Part shown: piece by piece, positions 46,302 to 57,263 of the stretch
How the letters are laid out: each line of letters opens with the position of its first letter
How positions within the stretch are numbered: the stretch's first letter is position 1
Assembly (NCBI GenBank): GCA_903901225.1
Contig: CAIUQE010000020.1
Span: 5,092-69,091, forward strand
Source of the DNA: Candidatus Omnitrophota bacterium
Lineage (GTDB): Bacteria > Omnitrophota > Gorgyraeia > Zapsychrales > Fredricksoniimonadaceae
Reading direction: 5' to 3'
Length of the DNA stretch: 64,000 nucleotides
Program-made: the position numbers and the translations under genes
The notes under the pieces: generated by a model
Database searches by the model: none
Seen by the model: the letters and a program-made list of their open reading frames with translations, nothing else
What the model was told of the DNA's origin: nothing

Positions 46302-46502
46302 TTACAGCTTCACGACGTTCTTGGCCTGCTCGCCCTTGGGACCCTGAGCGATCTCAAACTCGACAGCCTGGCCGTCGCTGAGCGTTCTGTGGCCTTCGCC
46401 CTGGATCTCGCTGTGATGCACGAAGACATCTTTGCCGGACTCAGGTGTGATAAAACCAAAACCTTTTTTGTCGTCGAACCACTTCACTTTACCTTTAACC
46501 AT
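46302..46502 (-). CDS. cspA: Cold-shock protein
   Basis: GKVKWF..KKGFGFI (RNP1), DVFVHHS (RNP2), AAGGAG RBS. Confidence 0.97.
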   Translation of the reverse strand: MVKGKVKWFDDKKGFGFITPESGKDVFVHHSEIQGEGHRTLSDGQAVEFEIAQGPKGEQAKNVVKL

Positions 46503-46622
46503 GAAACTTTCTCCTTGTTAGTAGAATTTGAGCAAATTCTGGCGGACCAAACAAAAAGACCACAGGGGTGGTGTTCCTTTTCCCTGCGGTCCAAGATCAC
46601 TTCACCAATCTGCTCGGTTGTA

Positions 46623-46651
46623 AGTATGCATCATGATACCTGTTTTGTCAA
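46623..46651 (-). promoter_or_regulatory. csp promoter followed by a ~115-nt structured 5' UTR
   Basis: TTGACA-N17-CATACT; UTR hairpin GACCGCAGGG...CCCTGTGGTC at about 46558-46591. Confidence 0.65.
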
Positions 46652-46678
46652 ATAAATATTTTGCGTGTGTTGCCCGGG

Positions 46679-47611
46679 CTAAAGGGCAAGCGCTTCCAGG
46701 AGGCGGATGTTAAGTTTTTCATTGGCCGCCTGGACTTCACGGAACGCCTGGTGGCGCGCGCTGTGGTCCGCGGGATGGTCGTGCCGGGCAATGAACGCCT
46801 TGATCCTGCCGTCCATTACCGGCGGCGAATAATCCCCCGCGATGTCACAGCCGATGATATCAAAATTTTCCCGGATAAGCTTCAATAATAAAAGGACCTC
46901 GGGCAATCCAAAAAGGCCCGGCTCCCAGTTCGTCCGCGAACAGGATGCCCGCAGGCAGTCTTTATCCAGGCTGACATAAACTTTCTTCGTTCCCAGGCGC
47001 CCCGCCAGATCTGCGATGAATGACGTCAGGTCCATGCCCTGCAACTGCCGCCATTCGATCGTGGCACCGCACAGGCCGGGGCGGACTTTCACGGAAACAT
47101 TATCCACGGGGACTTTTCTGAACAGTGTCACCGTCGGCGCGTGCCGGTAAGGATAGATCTCAACGCGGCCGCCCGCCAAAGCGGCCAGGTTCCCGGTCTG
47201 GATCGCGGGCATGGCAATATCATCGGACCCGACGCCCAGCAGCACGACTTTCTTCACATGGGGACGGCGCAGGATACGGGAAACCCATGAACCGCAGGCA
47301 AGCCTTGGCGGAAGGATATCCCAATCCGGATGGTGGTCAAGGACGATCACGGTGAGCGGCTCATCGAACTGGTCGATCAGGAGGCTTGAAACATGATGGA
47401 AATCGCCGGAGCCGAGGAATGTCACCGCGTTCCTCAGCCGCGGGTCGAACGCGGCACTGACCTTGCGGGCGTTGGAAGAATTGCTCCACAACCTGACAGA
47501 CGGGCCGATAGCCCTCAGGCCGACAACAGCCGGATGGTAGCGCTCAACCAGGGCCTTCTGCTCCGCCACCGTTGCGTCAAAATCCAGGATACGGACCTTG
47601 TCAGAAAGCAT
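46679..47611 (-). CDS. Arginase/ureohydrolase-fold protein
   Basis: GSGDFHH, DHHPD and SLDKDCL metal-ligand motifs. Confidence 0.85.
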   Translation of the reverse strand: MLSDKVRILDFDATVAEQKALVERYHPAVVGLRAIGPSVRLWSNSSNARKVSAAFDPRLRNAVTFLGSGDFHHVSSLLIDQFDEPLTVIVLDHHPDWDILPPRLACGSWVSRILRRPHVKKVVLLGVGSDDIAMPAIQTGNLAALAGGRVEIYPYRHAPTVTLFRKVPVDNVSVKVRPGLCGATIEWRQLQGMDLTSFIADLAGRLGTKKVYVSLDKDCLRASCSRTNWEPGLFGLPEVLLLLKLIRENFDIIGCDIAGDYSPPVMDGRIKAFIARHDHPADHSARHQAFREVQAANEKLNIRLLEALAL

Positions 47612-47626
47612 GCGTCCTCTGTCCGT

Positions 47627-49030
47627 TCACGCCGTCGCGGCAATGCCTTTTTTCAGGGCTTCCTCGAAAAGATCCACCGCCAGGTCCATCTCTTTTTCCG
47701 TGATGTCGAGCGATGGCGCCAGCGTGAAAACATTTTTGTAATAACCGCCGACATCGAGAATAAGCCCCTGCCTGCGGCCGCCCGCCGTCAGTTTCCCGCT
47801 GAGGCCGATATTCATGATCTCGTCCGTCAGTTCACGGTTGGGCGTGAAGCCGTCTTTCTGGCAGATCTCGATGCGCAGGGCCAGGCCCAGGCCGTCGACT
47901 TCCCCGACCTGCGGGTATTTTTTCTGCAGCTTCTTGAGCCGCGCCACAAAATATTTCCCCTTCAAAGGAACGGTCTTTTCGTAATCAGCATCCTCGATCA
48001 GTTTCATCACCTCGAGGCCGACCGCGGTACCCAGCGGGTTGGAAGAAAAAGTCGCGTGCGTCGAGCCGGGCGGAAAAACGGCCGGTGATATCAGCTCTTC
48101 CTTAGCCCAGATCGCGGAGATCGGGTTAAGGCCATTGGTCAAAGCCTTGCCGAACACCATGATGTCGGGCGTCACGTCAAAATGCTCGATCGCCCACAGC
48201 TTGCCCGTCCGGCAGAAGCCCATCTGGATCTCGTCGTCCACAAAAAGGATCTTGTAACGGTCGAGTATTTTTTTCAAGGCCGCGAAATAACCTTGCGGCG
48301 GGATGATATAGCCGCCCGTCGCCTGGATCGGCTCGACAAAAAAAGCCCCGAATTCGCACTGGCGGGTCTTGGTGTTGACCAGGGAATAATATTCCGACTC
48401 AAAAAGCCGCTCAAACTGCTGCAGGCACGCGAAATTGCACGTTGCTTTCTTTTTCCCCAGCGGGCAGCGGAAGCAATACGGATAGGGCACGAAATTCGCC
48501 CGGTCGCCGAAATGCCCGAACTTTTCACGGTAACGGTAACTGGAGGTGATCGCGGTCGCGCCCAGGGTCCGGCCATGGTAACTGCCCATGAACGCGAAAA
48601 CCGGATTTTTCTTCGTGTGGTTGCGGACCACCTTGATGGCATCCTCGATCGCCGAAGCCCCGCCGACGTTGAAATGCACGCGGCCCTTGGCGCTGAACTT
48701 TTTCTCGATGTCGCGGGCGATCCTGGCCGACAAGAGGATCTTTTCCTTGTGCAGGTACTGGCAGGCCAGCTGCGGCAGCGTCTCGATCTGGCGGATGAGG
48801 GCCTCTTTCAGCCGCGGCTGGTTATAACCGAACGTCGCCGCCGAATACCACATCTGCAGGTCCAGGAAAGGCGTGCCTTCCTGGTCGTAAAGGTAGCTGC
48901 CTTCGCAACGGGTGAAAATGTTCAGCTCCTTGGCGTAATGCACCGTGTCCCCCCACGAGCAGTACTGCGCCTCAAGCTTCAGCAGCTGCGGGTCGGATAT
49001 TGTCTTTTCAGCTTCGATCTTTTTGCTCAT
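47627..49030 (-). CDS. Class III PLP-dependent aminotransferase
   Basis: SYHGRT, EPIQATGG, DDEIQMGFCRTG, FGKALTNG, THATF. Confidence 0.93.
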   Translation of the reverse strand: MSKKIEAEKTISDPQLLKLEAQYCSWGDTVHYAKELNIFTRCEGSYLYDQEGTPFLDLQMWYSAATFGYNQPRLKEALIRQIETLPQLACQYLHKEKILLSARIARDIEKKFSAKGRVHFNVGGASAIEDAIKVVRNHTKKNPVFAFMGSYHGRTLGATAITSSYRYREKFGHFGDRANFVPYPYCFRCPLGKKKATCNFACLQQFERLFESEYYSLVNTKTRQCEFGAFFVEPIQATGGYIIPPQGYFAALKKILDRYKILFVDDEIQMGFCRTGKLWAIEHFDVTPDIMVFGKALTNGLNPISAIWAKEELISPAVFPPGSTHATFSSNPLGTAVGLEVMKLIEDADYEKTVPLKGKYFVARLKKLQKKYPQVGEVDGLGLALRIEICQKDGFTPNRELTDEIMNIGLSGKLTAGGRRQGLILDVGGYYKNVFTLAPSLDITEKEMDLAVDLFEEALKKGIAATA

Positions 49031-49769
49031 GGGGCCATCCTTTCAGGGCTTCATAAACATCACGCAGGTCCTTATACCAAATGAATTTCTTGCCTTTCTG
49101 GCGCAAATGCTCGGCCAGGCTGTCCTTGGCGAAAACCATGTGCGCCTGCAACGAGGCGCAAAAATCCGAACGTCCGTCACCAACGTAAACCAGCACCTTG
49201 CCGAGGTTGTCCTCGTTGCGCAGATGCGAGGTCTTGCAGTTGGCGCAGCGCCCGCACGCCGCGTTGCGGTAAGGGAACACCGGCGAAATGCGGTCATCCT
49301 GGACGCGCATGCGGTTCGCCAGGATCTTCACGCCATGCACATCATTGCTTTTCAGTATGGTCTCGATCAGAAAATTGAAACTGTCGCTGACGATGAGCGG
49401 GCGCACGCCGCCGCGCCGCAGCAGGACCAGGGTGCGGTGGAAATACGGGTCTATCTCGATCCCGGAAAGGTAATCCACCAGCTGCCGCCGCGTGGCCCTC
49501 AGCGAGCGCAACTGGCCGCGCAGGCATTCTTCCGACCCGATCTTTCCGGCCTGCCACTCTTCTTCCAGGACGCGCCATTGCCGGTCAACGGCAAAATGCT
49601 CGATCATATCGTCGAGGACATCGATCTTGGATATGGTATGGTCAAAATCGAAATAAAACCGGCACTGCGCCAGGGCAACACGCCGCGCGGCGATATCCGC
49701 CATATCCCAGCCGGACGCGGTGGCATTCACCAGGAAATCCGTCTTCTGGGACACCGGTATTTCAAACAT
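49008..49769 (-). CDS. MtnX-like HAD-IB family phosphatase
   Basis: FDFDHTI (DxDxT), IVSD, C..CANCK, VGDGRSD. Confidence 0.88.
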   Translation of the reverse strand: MFEIPVSQKTDFLVNATASGWDMADIAARRVALAQCRFYFDFDHTISKIDVLDDMIEHFAVDRQWRVLEEEWQAGKIGSEECLRGQLRSLRATRRQLVDYLSGIEIDPYFHRTLVLLRRGGVRPLIVSDSFNFLIETILKSNDVHGVKILANRMRVQDDRISPVFPYRNAACGRCANCKTSHLRNEDNLGKVLVYVGDGRSDFCASLQAHMVFAKDSLAEHLRQKGKKFIWYKDLRDVYEALKGWPHEQKDRS

Positions 49770-50661
49770 GCGCCATTCCCGGCTGTGGCAAATGGTCCGT
49801 GAAGAAGCGCTGCATGTTCTCCAGCACCTTGCCCCGCTGCTGGTCGGCCGTAATAATATGGTAGGAGTCATCGAGCAGGACGATCTCTTTGTCGCGGGTC
49901 GCGACCCGGTCATAAATGAACTGGGCATTGCGGACGCTCGTCATGTCATCGTCTTTGGCCTGGATGATCTGCACCGGCGGCGTGATCCGCGGGAGCCTGG
50001 TCTTGAGATGCCTGACCAGGAATTCCAGCTGGCGCAACAGGCTCACGGGAAAGAACGGATAGCCGTAGCGGTCAATGTCAGGCGGTTCGACCGTGCTCAC
50101 TTTCTCGAAATACGCGTGGACCTTGCCGCGGAGCGCCTCATTCTTGATGCCGTAGGGCGATTTTTCCTGGAAATAAATGATGCGGTGCAGCTGGGTCCAG
50201 TATACCACCGGGAGGAAACAGCGGTACCACGGGCAGTTCCAGCCGTCATAAAATATTGTCGGGGAAAGGCAACTGACGCCGGCGATGGTCTGCGGGAATT
50301 CATCCGCGAGCAAAAGCGCCAGCAAGGCGCCCATCGAAAGCCCGCTGACAAAAATGGTGTCGCTGTGTTCGCGCGCCTTGAAATACGCCTGGCGCACAGT
50401 GGCGTAAAAATCCTGCCACGGCGTGCCTTTCAGGACGCTCAAGGGACGGTCATGGTTGGCCAGACGCGGGCACGCCACGGTGAACCCGCCATTGTTGAGC
50501 CGCTTGGCCAGGAAACTCATTTCCTGCGGCGTCCCGGTCAGCCCGTGGATAAGGATGACCGCGGCACCGTTCGTCCCCCGCATGGAGATCCCCGAGCTCA
50601 TGGGCGCATTCCCCGGACCGTCATTCAATTTGCTGACCTGGAACGAAAATTTAACGCTCAT
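49762..50661 (-). CDS. Alpha/beta-hydrolase carboxylesterase/lipase
   Basis: IHGLTGTP, GLSMG nucleophile elbow, KDDD and SYHIIT triad. Confidence 0.9.
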   Translation of the reverse strand: MSVKFSFQVSKLNDGPGNAPMSSGISMRGTNGAAVILIHGLTGTPQEMSFLAKRLNNGGFTVACPRLANHDRPLSVLKGTPWQDFYATVRQAYFKAREHSDTIFVSGLSMGALLALLLADEFPQTIAGVSCLSPTIFYDGWNCPWYRCFLPVVYWTQLHRIIYFQEKSPYGIKNEALRGKVHAYFEKVSTVEPPDIDRYGYPFFPVSLLRQLEFLVRHLKTRLPRITPPVQIIQAKDDDMTSVRNAQFIYDRVATRDKEIVLLDDSYHIITADQQRGKVLENMQRFFTDHLPQPGMAHV

Positions 50662-50707
50662 TTCTTAAACCCTTCTGAAGAAAGCTCATCAAACTAACTT
50701 ATTGTTC

Positions 50708-50724
50708 ATTAAGTTAAGATTAAG
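50708..50724 (-). promoter_or_regulatory. OmpR-family (PmrA/QseB-like) direct-repeat binding site
   Basis: CTTAAT-N5-CTTAAT (11-bp period) about 46 nt upstream of the hydrolase start. Confidence 0.6.
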
Positions 50725-50740
50725 GCGGGCTTTGATTTTC

Positions 50741-52189
50741 TTAATCTTGCGCGTAGATCAAGGGAAGGGAAATAATGAACGTCGAGCCCTGGCCGGGTTC
50801 ACTGGCGACGTTGATGGTGCCTTGGTGCGCGAGCACGATCGCCTTGACAATGCTCAGGCCCAGGCCAAATCCCGGGCTGGTCCGCGATTTCTCCGCGCGG
50901 TAAAACCTGTCAAAAACACGCCCCAACTCCTCGCGGGCGATACCCGGTCCGGTGTCATTGACGGTGATCTCCACCGACGCGCCACGACGCACGGCCCGCA
51001 CCGCGATCTGCCCGCGGTCCGACGTATACTTCACGGCATTGTCCACGATATTGGAGACCACCCGCCCAAGCTGACTTTCATCCGCCTCGAGCGACACCTC
51101 GTCACTCGCCAGCAGGCGCAGGGCGATAGCCTTGAGTTCCGCCTGGGGACGGGCATCCTCGATCACCCGACGCAGCAGCGGCAAAAGATCGACCCGTTTC
51201 AATTGCAGCTCGTTCTCGGCCCTGTCCATCCGCGCGAGGACCAGGAGGTTCTCCACCAGCGCGTTCATCTTGTCGATCTCCTCAAGATTGACCGACAGGA
51301 CCTCCTCGTATTCCACGGGCGAGCGCCGCTTGTTCAACGCGACCTCCTGCTTGCCCTTGAGGACCGTCAGCGGCGTCCTTAACTCGTGCGACACGTCCTG
51401 GATCAGTTGCTGCTGCAGCGAGAACGCCTTGTCCAGGCGCGAGAGCATGTCATTGAACGTTTCGGCGAGCCGGCGGTTCTCGTCGTTGGCGGAAGGCACC
51501 GCGATGCGCTGTTTCAGGTTTCGGGACGTTATCTGTCGCATCGCCTTCGTCATGTTGTCAACAGGACGCAGGGTGGCCCTGGTCAGGAAGAACCCCATCA
51601 CCATCACCAGGACCATGGCCAGCGGCAGGAATATCAGCAACACTGTTTTAATACGGCCGAGCTTCACGAGCAAAGGCCTCAACGAGGCCGTGACCTGGAT
51701 AAAATATACGGTACCGCCCTTGTCGACACGCAGGACAAATGTCCGCAGGGGCCAGGCCTCTTCGCCAAAAGAAAAGGCGACCGGGCTGTCCCGGAAATTG
51801 CTCCTGCCCAGATCGGGTGAGAGATCCTCCAAAGCCCGGGGAAAAGGCATATTGCTCGAACGCGTCAATTCTTTCCCGTCATGCTGGAATATCTGGATAA
51901 AAACACCCTCGCCGCGGCTCCATTCGGCCGCGTTGTGCAGGGTGGTGACAAAATCCGCGTTGGACGCCGCCGCCGTCAGCCCTTCCCGCCGGTCGCGCGT
52001 CCGGTCCAGGAGCGCCTCCTCGACAACCTGCCCGACGTGCGCGGCCCGGGTCTCGAGCAGGTAATTGAAGTCCTTGTTCAGGACGCGGCTGAAATTGGCA
52101 TAGAGACAAACGCTCAGGATCAAGGCAATGAGCCCCACGGCGAGGACGTACCAGAACGTCATCCGGAAATAGATCGAATTAATCAGCAT
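50741..52189 (-). CDS. Sensor histidine kinase (2 TM, HAMP, HisKA, HATPase)
   Basis: DVSHELRTPLT, NIVDNAVKY, DTGPGI, FDRFYR, GFGLGLSI. Confidence 0.96.
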   Translation of the reverse strand: MLINSIYFRMTFWYVLAVGLIALILSVCLYANFSRVLNKDFNYLLETRAAHVGQVVEEALLDRTRDRREGLTAAASNADFVTTLHNAAEWSRGEGVFIQIFQHDGKELTRSSNMPFPRALEDLSPDLGRSNFRDSPVAFSFGEEAWPLRTFVLRVDKGGTVYFIQVTASLRPLLVKLGRIKTVLLIFLPLAMVLVMVMGFFLTRATLRPVDNMTKAMRQITSRNLKQRIAVPSANDENRRLAETFNDMLSRLDKAFSLQQQLIQDVSHELRTPLTVLKGKQEVALNKRRSPVEYEEVLSVNLEEIDKMNALVENLLVLARMDRAENELQLKRVDLLPLLRRVIEDARPQAELKAIALRLLASDEVSLEADESQLGRVVSNIVDNAVKYTSDRGQIAVRAVRRGASVEITVNDTGPGIAREELGRVFDRFYRAEKSRTSPGFGLGLSIVKAIVLAHQGTINVASEPGQGSTFIISLPLIYAQD

Positions 52190-52859
52190 TGTTCGCCCTG
52201 ATCATGTAGCCGCGCCCTCTGATCGTCTGGATGAGCGCCTCTTCGCTCTCGGCATCGAGCTTCTTGCGCAAGGCGTTGATATGCACGTCGATGACATTGG
52301 TCGTGGTGTCAAAATTGATGTCCCAGACATGTTCCAAGATCGCGGTCCGCGTCACCACTTCGTTCACGTGCCGCAGGAGGTATTCGAGAAGGAAGAACTC
52401 CTTGGTCGTCAGGGTGATTTCCCTGGCGCCGCGGGTGACTTTATGCGCCAGCACGTCCAGCGTCAGGTCGCCAGCCCGCAGGACCGTTGCGGAAGGGCCG
52501 GAACCCTGCCTCAAGAGAACACGGATCCTGGCCAGCAATTCCTTGAAGGCGAAGGGCTTCGTCAGATAATCGTTGGCGCCGGCGTCGAGGCCGCTGACCT
52601 TGTCATCGACGCTGTGTTTTGCCGTGAGCATGATGATCGGGACATTGTTCTTGTCGCGCCGCAAGTTGCGGCACAGGGTTATCCCGTCCATCTTCGGGAT
52701 CATCAGGTCCAGCACGATCACGCCGTAATTCTCCGTGCCCGCCAGGAAATACCCCTTCTCCCCGTCATAGACCACATCGACGGCATAGCCTTCTTCCCGA
52801 AGGCCCTGCTGGATGAAATCAGCGATATGTTTCTCATCCTCGATGACAAGTATCCTCAT
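52179..52859 (-). CDS. OmpR/PhoB family DNA-binding response regulator
   Basis: ILVIEDE, LDLMIP, GANDYLTKPF, NVIDVHI..LRKK, TIRGRGY. Confidence 0.96.
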   Translation of the reverse strand: MRILVIEDEKHIADFIQQGLREEGYAVDVVYDGEKGYFLAGTENYGVIVLDLMIPKMDGITLCRNLRRDKNNVPIIMLTAKHSVDDKVSGLDAGANDYLTKPFAFKELLARIRVLLRQGSGPSATVLRAGDLTLDVLAHKVTRGAREITLTTKEFFLLEYLLRHVNEVVTRTAILEHVWDINFDTTTNVIDVHINALRKKLDAESEEALIQTIRGRGYMIRANNAD

Positions 52860-52875
52860 CCCATCCGTCCATATC

Positions 52876-52936
52876 CGGGGACACGTAACAAATTCAAAGG
52901 ACGAATTTGGTACATGTCGTACATGTCCCCGCTCTA
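52876..52936. repeat. REP-like palindromic element, copy 1
   Basis: CGGGGACACGTAACAAATTC-AAAGGAC-GAATTTGGTACATGTC(GTACATGTC)CCCG-CTCTA, with an internal 9-nt duplication. Confidence 0.8.
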
Positions 52937-52948
52937 TTTAAAAAATGC

Positions 52949-53227
52949 TCAATTTTGCTTCAAGAATCGTTTTACATCCTCGTGATTACCCGCAAGCAGG
53001 AACTCCGCCAGGTCCCCCTCCCAACGGAACAGGATCCTGACTTTCAGCCCGTAACGAACTTCCCAAAAATTGTTTTTCAGGCGCTTCAGACCAAGTCCCT
53101 GGTAAATTTCCCTGTCTTTGGATAATACTTCGATAAGCTGGCTGGCCGCTGACTTGACGTCGGCTTTATCATGCAAAGGCAATTGCTTGATCGAACGGTC
53201 AAATGAAGGTTTAAACTCAAATCTCAT
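52949..53227 (-). CDS. RelE/ParE superfamily type II toxin
   Basis: 92 aa and basic; F.RSIKQL, LKRL...FWEVR.GLKVRILF, GNHEDV; start overlaps the antitoxin stop. Confidence 0.82.
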   Translation of the reverse strand: MRFEFKPSFDRSIKQLPLHDKADVKSAASQLIEVLSKDREIYQGLGLKRLKNNFWEVRYGLKVRILFRWEGDLAEFLLAGNHEDVKRFLKQN

Positions 53228-53487
53228 AATCCGGCAAGATGTGCCTTCGCGGCTTCATCATATGAAAAAACCTTGCCCTTGGCTGATGCCAATTTTTCGA
53301 TCTTCTGCCACTCACTGGAAGTGTAGGGTGATCGCGCGGTCACTTCGCACGGCATGAGCATGATGCCGTCTTTACTAACGCCAAAGGCGACCGAAGAACC
53401 CTCTTGCAAATGTAAAAGCTTACGGATCCGGTTAGGGATCGTGACCTGCCCCTTGGTGGTCATTTTTGCCGTTTCAATAATGGTCAT
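53224..53487 (-). CDS. AbrB/MazE/SpoVT family antitoxin
   Basis: KMTTKGQVTIPNRIRKLLHLQEG swapped-hairpin motif. Confidence 0.92.
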   Translation of the reverse strand: MTIIETAKMTTKGQVTIPNRIRKLLHLQEGSSVAFGVSKDGIMLMPCEVTARSPYTSSEWQKIEKLASAKGKVFSYDEAAKAHLAGL

Positions 53488-53508
53488 AAAAAGCGCCTTT
53501 CTTTATAA

Positions 53509-53557
53509 TTCCTTACTTCCTTACAATAAGGATACTTCGAGCAGGCTCGAAAGTCAA
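53509..53557 (-). promoter_or_regulatory. TA promoter with operator repeats
   Basis: TTGACT-N17-TATCCT; GTAAGGAA direct repeat (x2) and CCTTA-TTG-TAAGG inverted repeat around the start site. Confidence 0.65.
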
Positions 53558-53562
53558 TAGCC

Positions 53563-53670
53563 CTACCTTATCACCCCGCGGCCGATGTGGGCGTTGCGGA
53601 TGATGGTCGGGCCGCCGTTGTTGTAGAGCGCGGTGACATCGGCGGGAGTCAGGGCGCGGTTGTAAAGGTT
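53563..53670 (-). pseudogene. 3' remnant of a LamG-like jellyroll domain gene
   Basis: NLYNRALTPADVTALYNNG matches the C-terminal LamG signature (IYNRALS..EV..LY). The similarity stops at the REP-like element. Confidence 0.6.
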
Positions 53671-53671
53671 C

Positions 53672-53763
53672 CGGGGACACGTACCAAATTCAAAGGACGA
53701 ATTTGGAACATGTCCCCGCGCTACGAAATCCAAAGGACGGATTTGGTACATGTCCCCGCTCTA
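53672..53763. repeat. REP-like palindromic element, copy 2 plus a partial copy 3
   Basis: CGGGGACACGTACCAAATTC-AAAGGAC-GAATTTGGAACATGTCCCCG, then TACGAAATCC-AAAGGAC-GGATTTGGTACATGTCCCCG-CTCTA. Confidence 0.82.
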
Positions 53764-53765
53764 AT

Positions 53766-55368
<1,603 letters not shown>

Positions 55369-55382
<14 letters not shown>

Positions 55383-57174
55383 GATATTCCTTCCTTGCCC
55401 GAAAACGATCCTTAAGATGTGTCTGACCCAAAATACGCAGGGCCTTCGCGATCAAAGAGGCGTTCGCCGGATTCTGTGACTGCAGCAAAGCGCGCTGCAT
55501 GGCGCGGTCCGTGTCTTTCTTGACGACATGGACGGGTTTTCCCGTAAACGGGTCTTTGCCCGTGTGGTACATGCACGCGGCCGCGGTCATCGGCAGGGGC
55601 AGAAAATCCTGCACCTGCTCGGGGCGCAGGCCGCGCGCCAAAAGCTCCTCGGCGCACGCGCAGGCATCTTCAAGCCGCGCGCCGGGATGGGCGCTGATGA
55701 AATAATTAACGAGATACTCTTTTTTACCAAGGCGCGCGTTGATCGCCGCGAACGCCGCGACGAACGCCTCATAGCGGGCGAACGGGGGCTTGTTCATCAG
55801 GGCCAGCACCTCATCCACCGTGTGTTCGGGCGCGACCTTCATCTGGCCGCTGACGTGACGCGCGCACAGCGCTTCGAAATATTTCTTTGCCTCCGGTTCA
55901 AGGAGTAAATCATACCTCAACCCGCTCTGAACGAAAACATGTTTTACTTTGGGTATCGCGCCCAGAGCTTCATAAAGGGCCAGCGCCTGGTCACTGCCAA
56001 TCCGCAGCGACGGGCACTTGGACGGCATGAGGCATTGCTTGCCGACGCACGCCTTGCCCTCGTCCCAGCGGCGGCAATGCGCCGCGTAAAGATTGGCCGT
56101 CGGGCCGCCCACATCCGTGATCGTCCCGCGGAACGCCGGGTCTTGGGTCATGGCCCGCGCTTCCCGCTGGAGCGAAACCTGCGTGCGGCTTTGGACGATA
56201 CGCCCCTGGTGCATGGTGATCCCGCAAAAACGGCACTCCCCCGGACACCCGCGCACCGCCGTCATGGACCAGCGCACGGTTTCCAGCCCCTTCACCCCGC
56301 CCTTCACGTTGTAAGACGGATGGGCCTGGCGCGTGTACGGCAGGTCATAGCTGATGTCCATCTCGGCAGGACTTAGTGGCAGCGCGGGCGGCAATTGGAG
56401 CACGCCCTGATCGCCGTGGCGCTGGAACAACGCTTTCCCGTCGGCCGGTGACGTCTGTTCATACGCCTGGCAGAACGCCTTGTTAAAAAGGTCCGCGTCC
56501 ACCGCCACTTCCTCGAACGACGGCAACGGAACCGCGTCCGCCGGTGCTTCGGCCGGTTTCACGCGCACCACGGTACCGCGCACATCACGGATCGAGCCTA
56601 TCGCCTCGCCCCGGCCCAGGCGTTCCATCACCTCAACGACCGGCCTTTCCGCCATGCCGTAAATGATCATGTCGGCCTTGGCGTCAAGCAGCAACGAACG
56701 GCGCACCGCGTCATCCCAGTAATCGTAGTGCGCCAGACGCCGCATGCTGGCCTCGACACCGCCGAGTATGACCGGCAGGCCCTTGAACGCCGCGCGCGCG
56801 CGGTTGACGTAAACAATGGACGCCCGGTCTGGCCTCTCCCCCGGTGAGCTATCATCCCGGCGGTGGCGTTTGTTCGCCGTATAATTGGCGATCATGGAAT
56901 CGACATTGCCCGCGGTCACGCAAACGCACAGCCGCGGCCGGCCCAAACGGGTAAACTCCTCCTGATCACGCCAGTCCGGCTGGGCAATGATCCCCACCCG
57001 GTAGCCCTTGCTTTCCAGGAGGCGGGCGATCAAGGCGGCGCCGTACGCGGGATGGTCAACATACGCATCCCCTGTGATAACAATGACATCCAACTCTGTC
57101 CAACCCCGGGCGGCTACCTCGGCCAGGCTCATGGGCAGAAATGATGTTTTTTTCTTATTGTCGGGACTACTCAT
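55369..57174 (-). CDS. ygiQ: YgiQ family radical SAM protein
   Basis: TGDAYVDHP, GGVEASMRRLAHYDYW, RGCPGECRFC, DVGGPTAN, KVAPEH, YFISAHPG. Confidence 0.93.
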
Positions 57175-57263
57175 GGCAAATTCTTATTTCAATGCTATAC
57201 TTATTAAGGGTTTCGATCACGTGCTTGACGAAACCTGATAAAGATGTTAAAAAAAGGTCCAAT

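Noticed and set aside
49770-49928. Extension of the HAD phosphatase ORF suggesting a frameshift fusion with the hydrolase
   Set aside because: A normal start at 49769 overlaps the hydrolase stop by 8 nt, and no slippery site is evident.
52876-53763. CRISPR array
   Set aside because: Only two full copies and one partial copy, irregular spacing with genes in between, and no cas genes.
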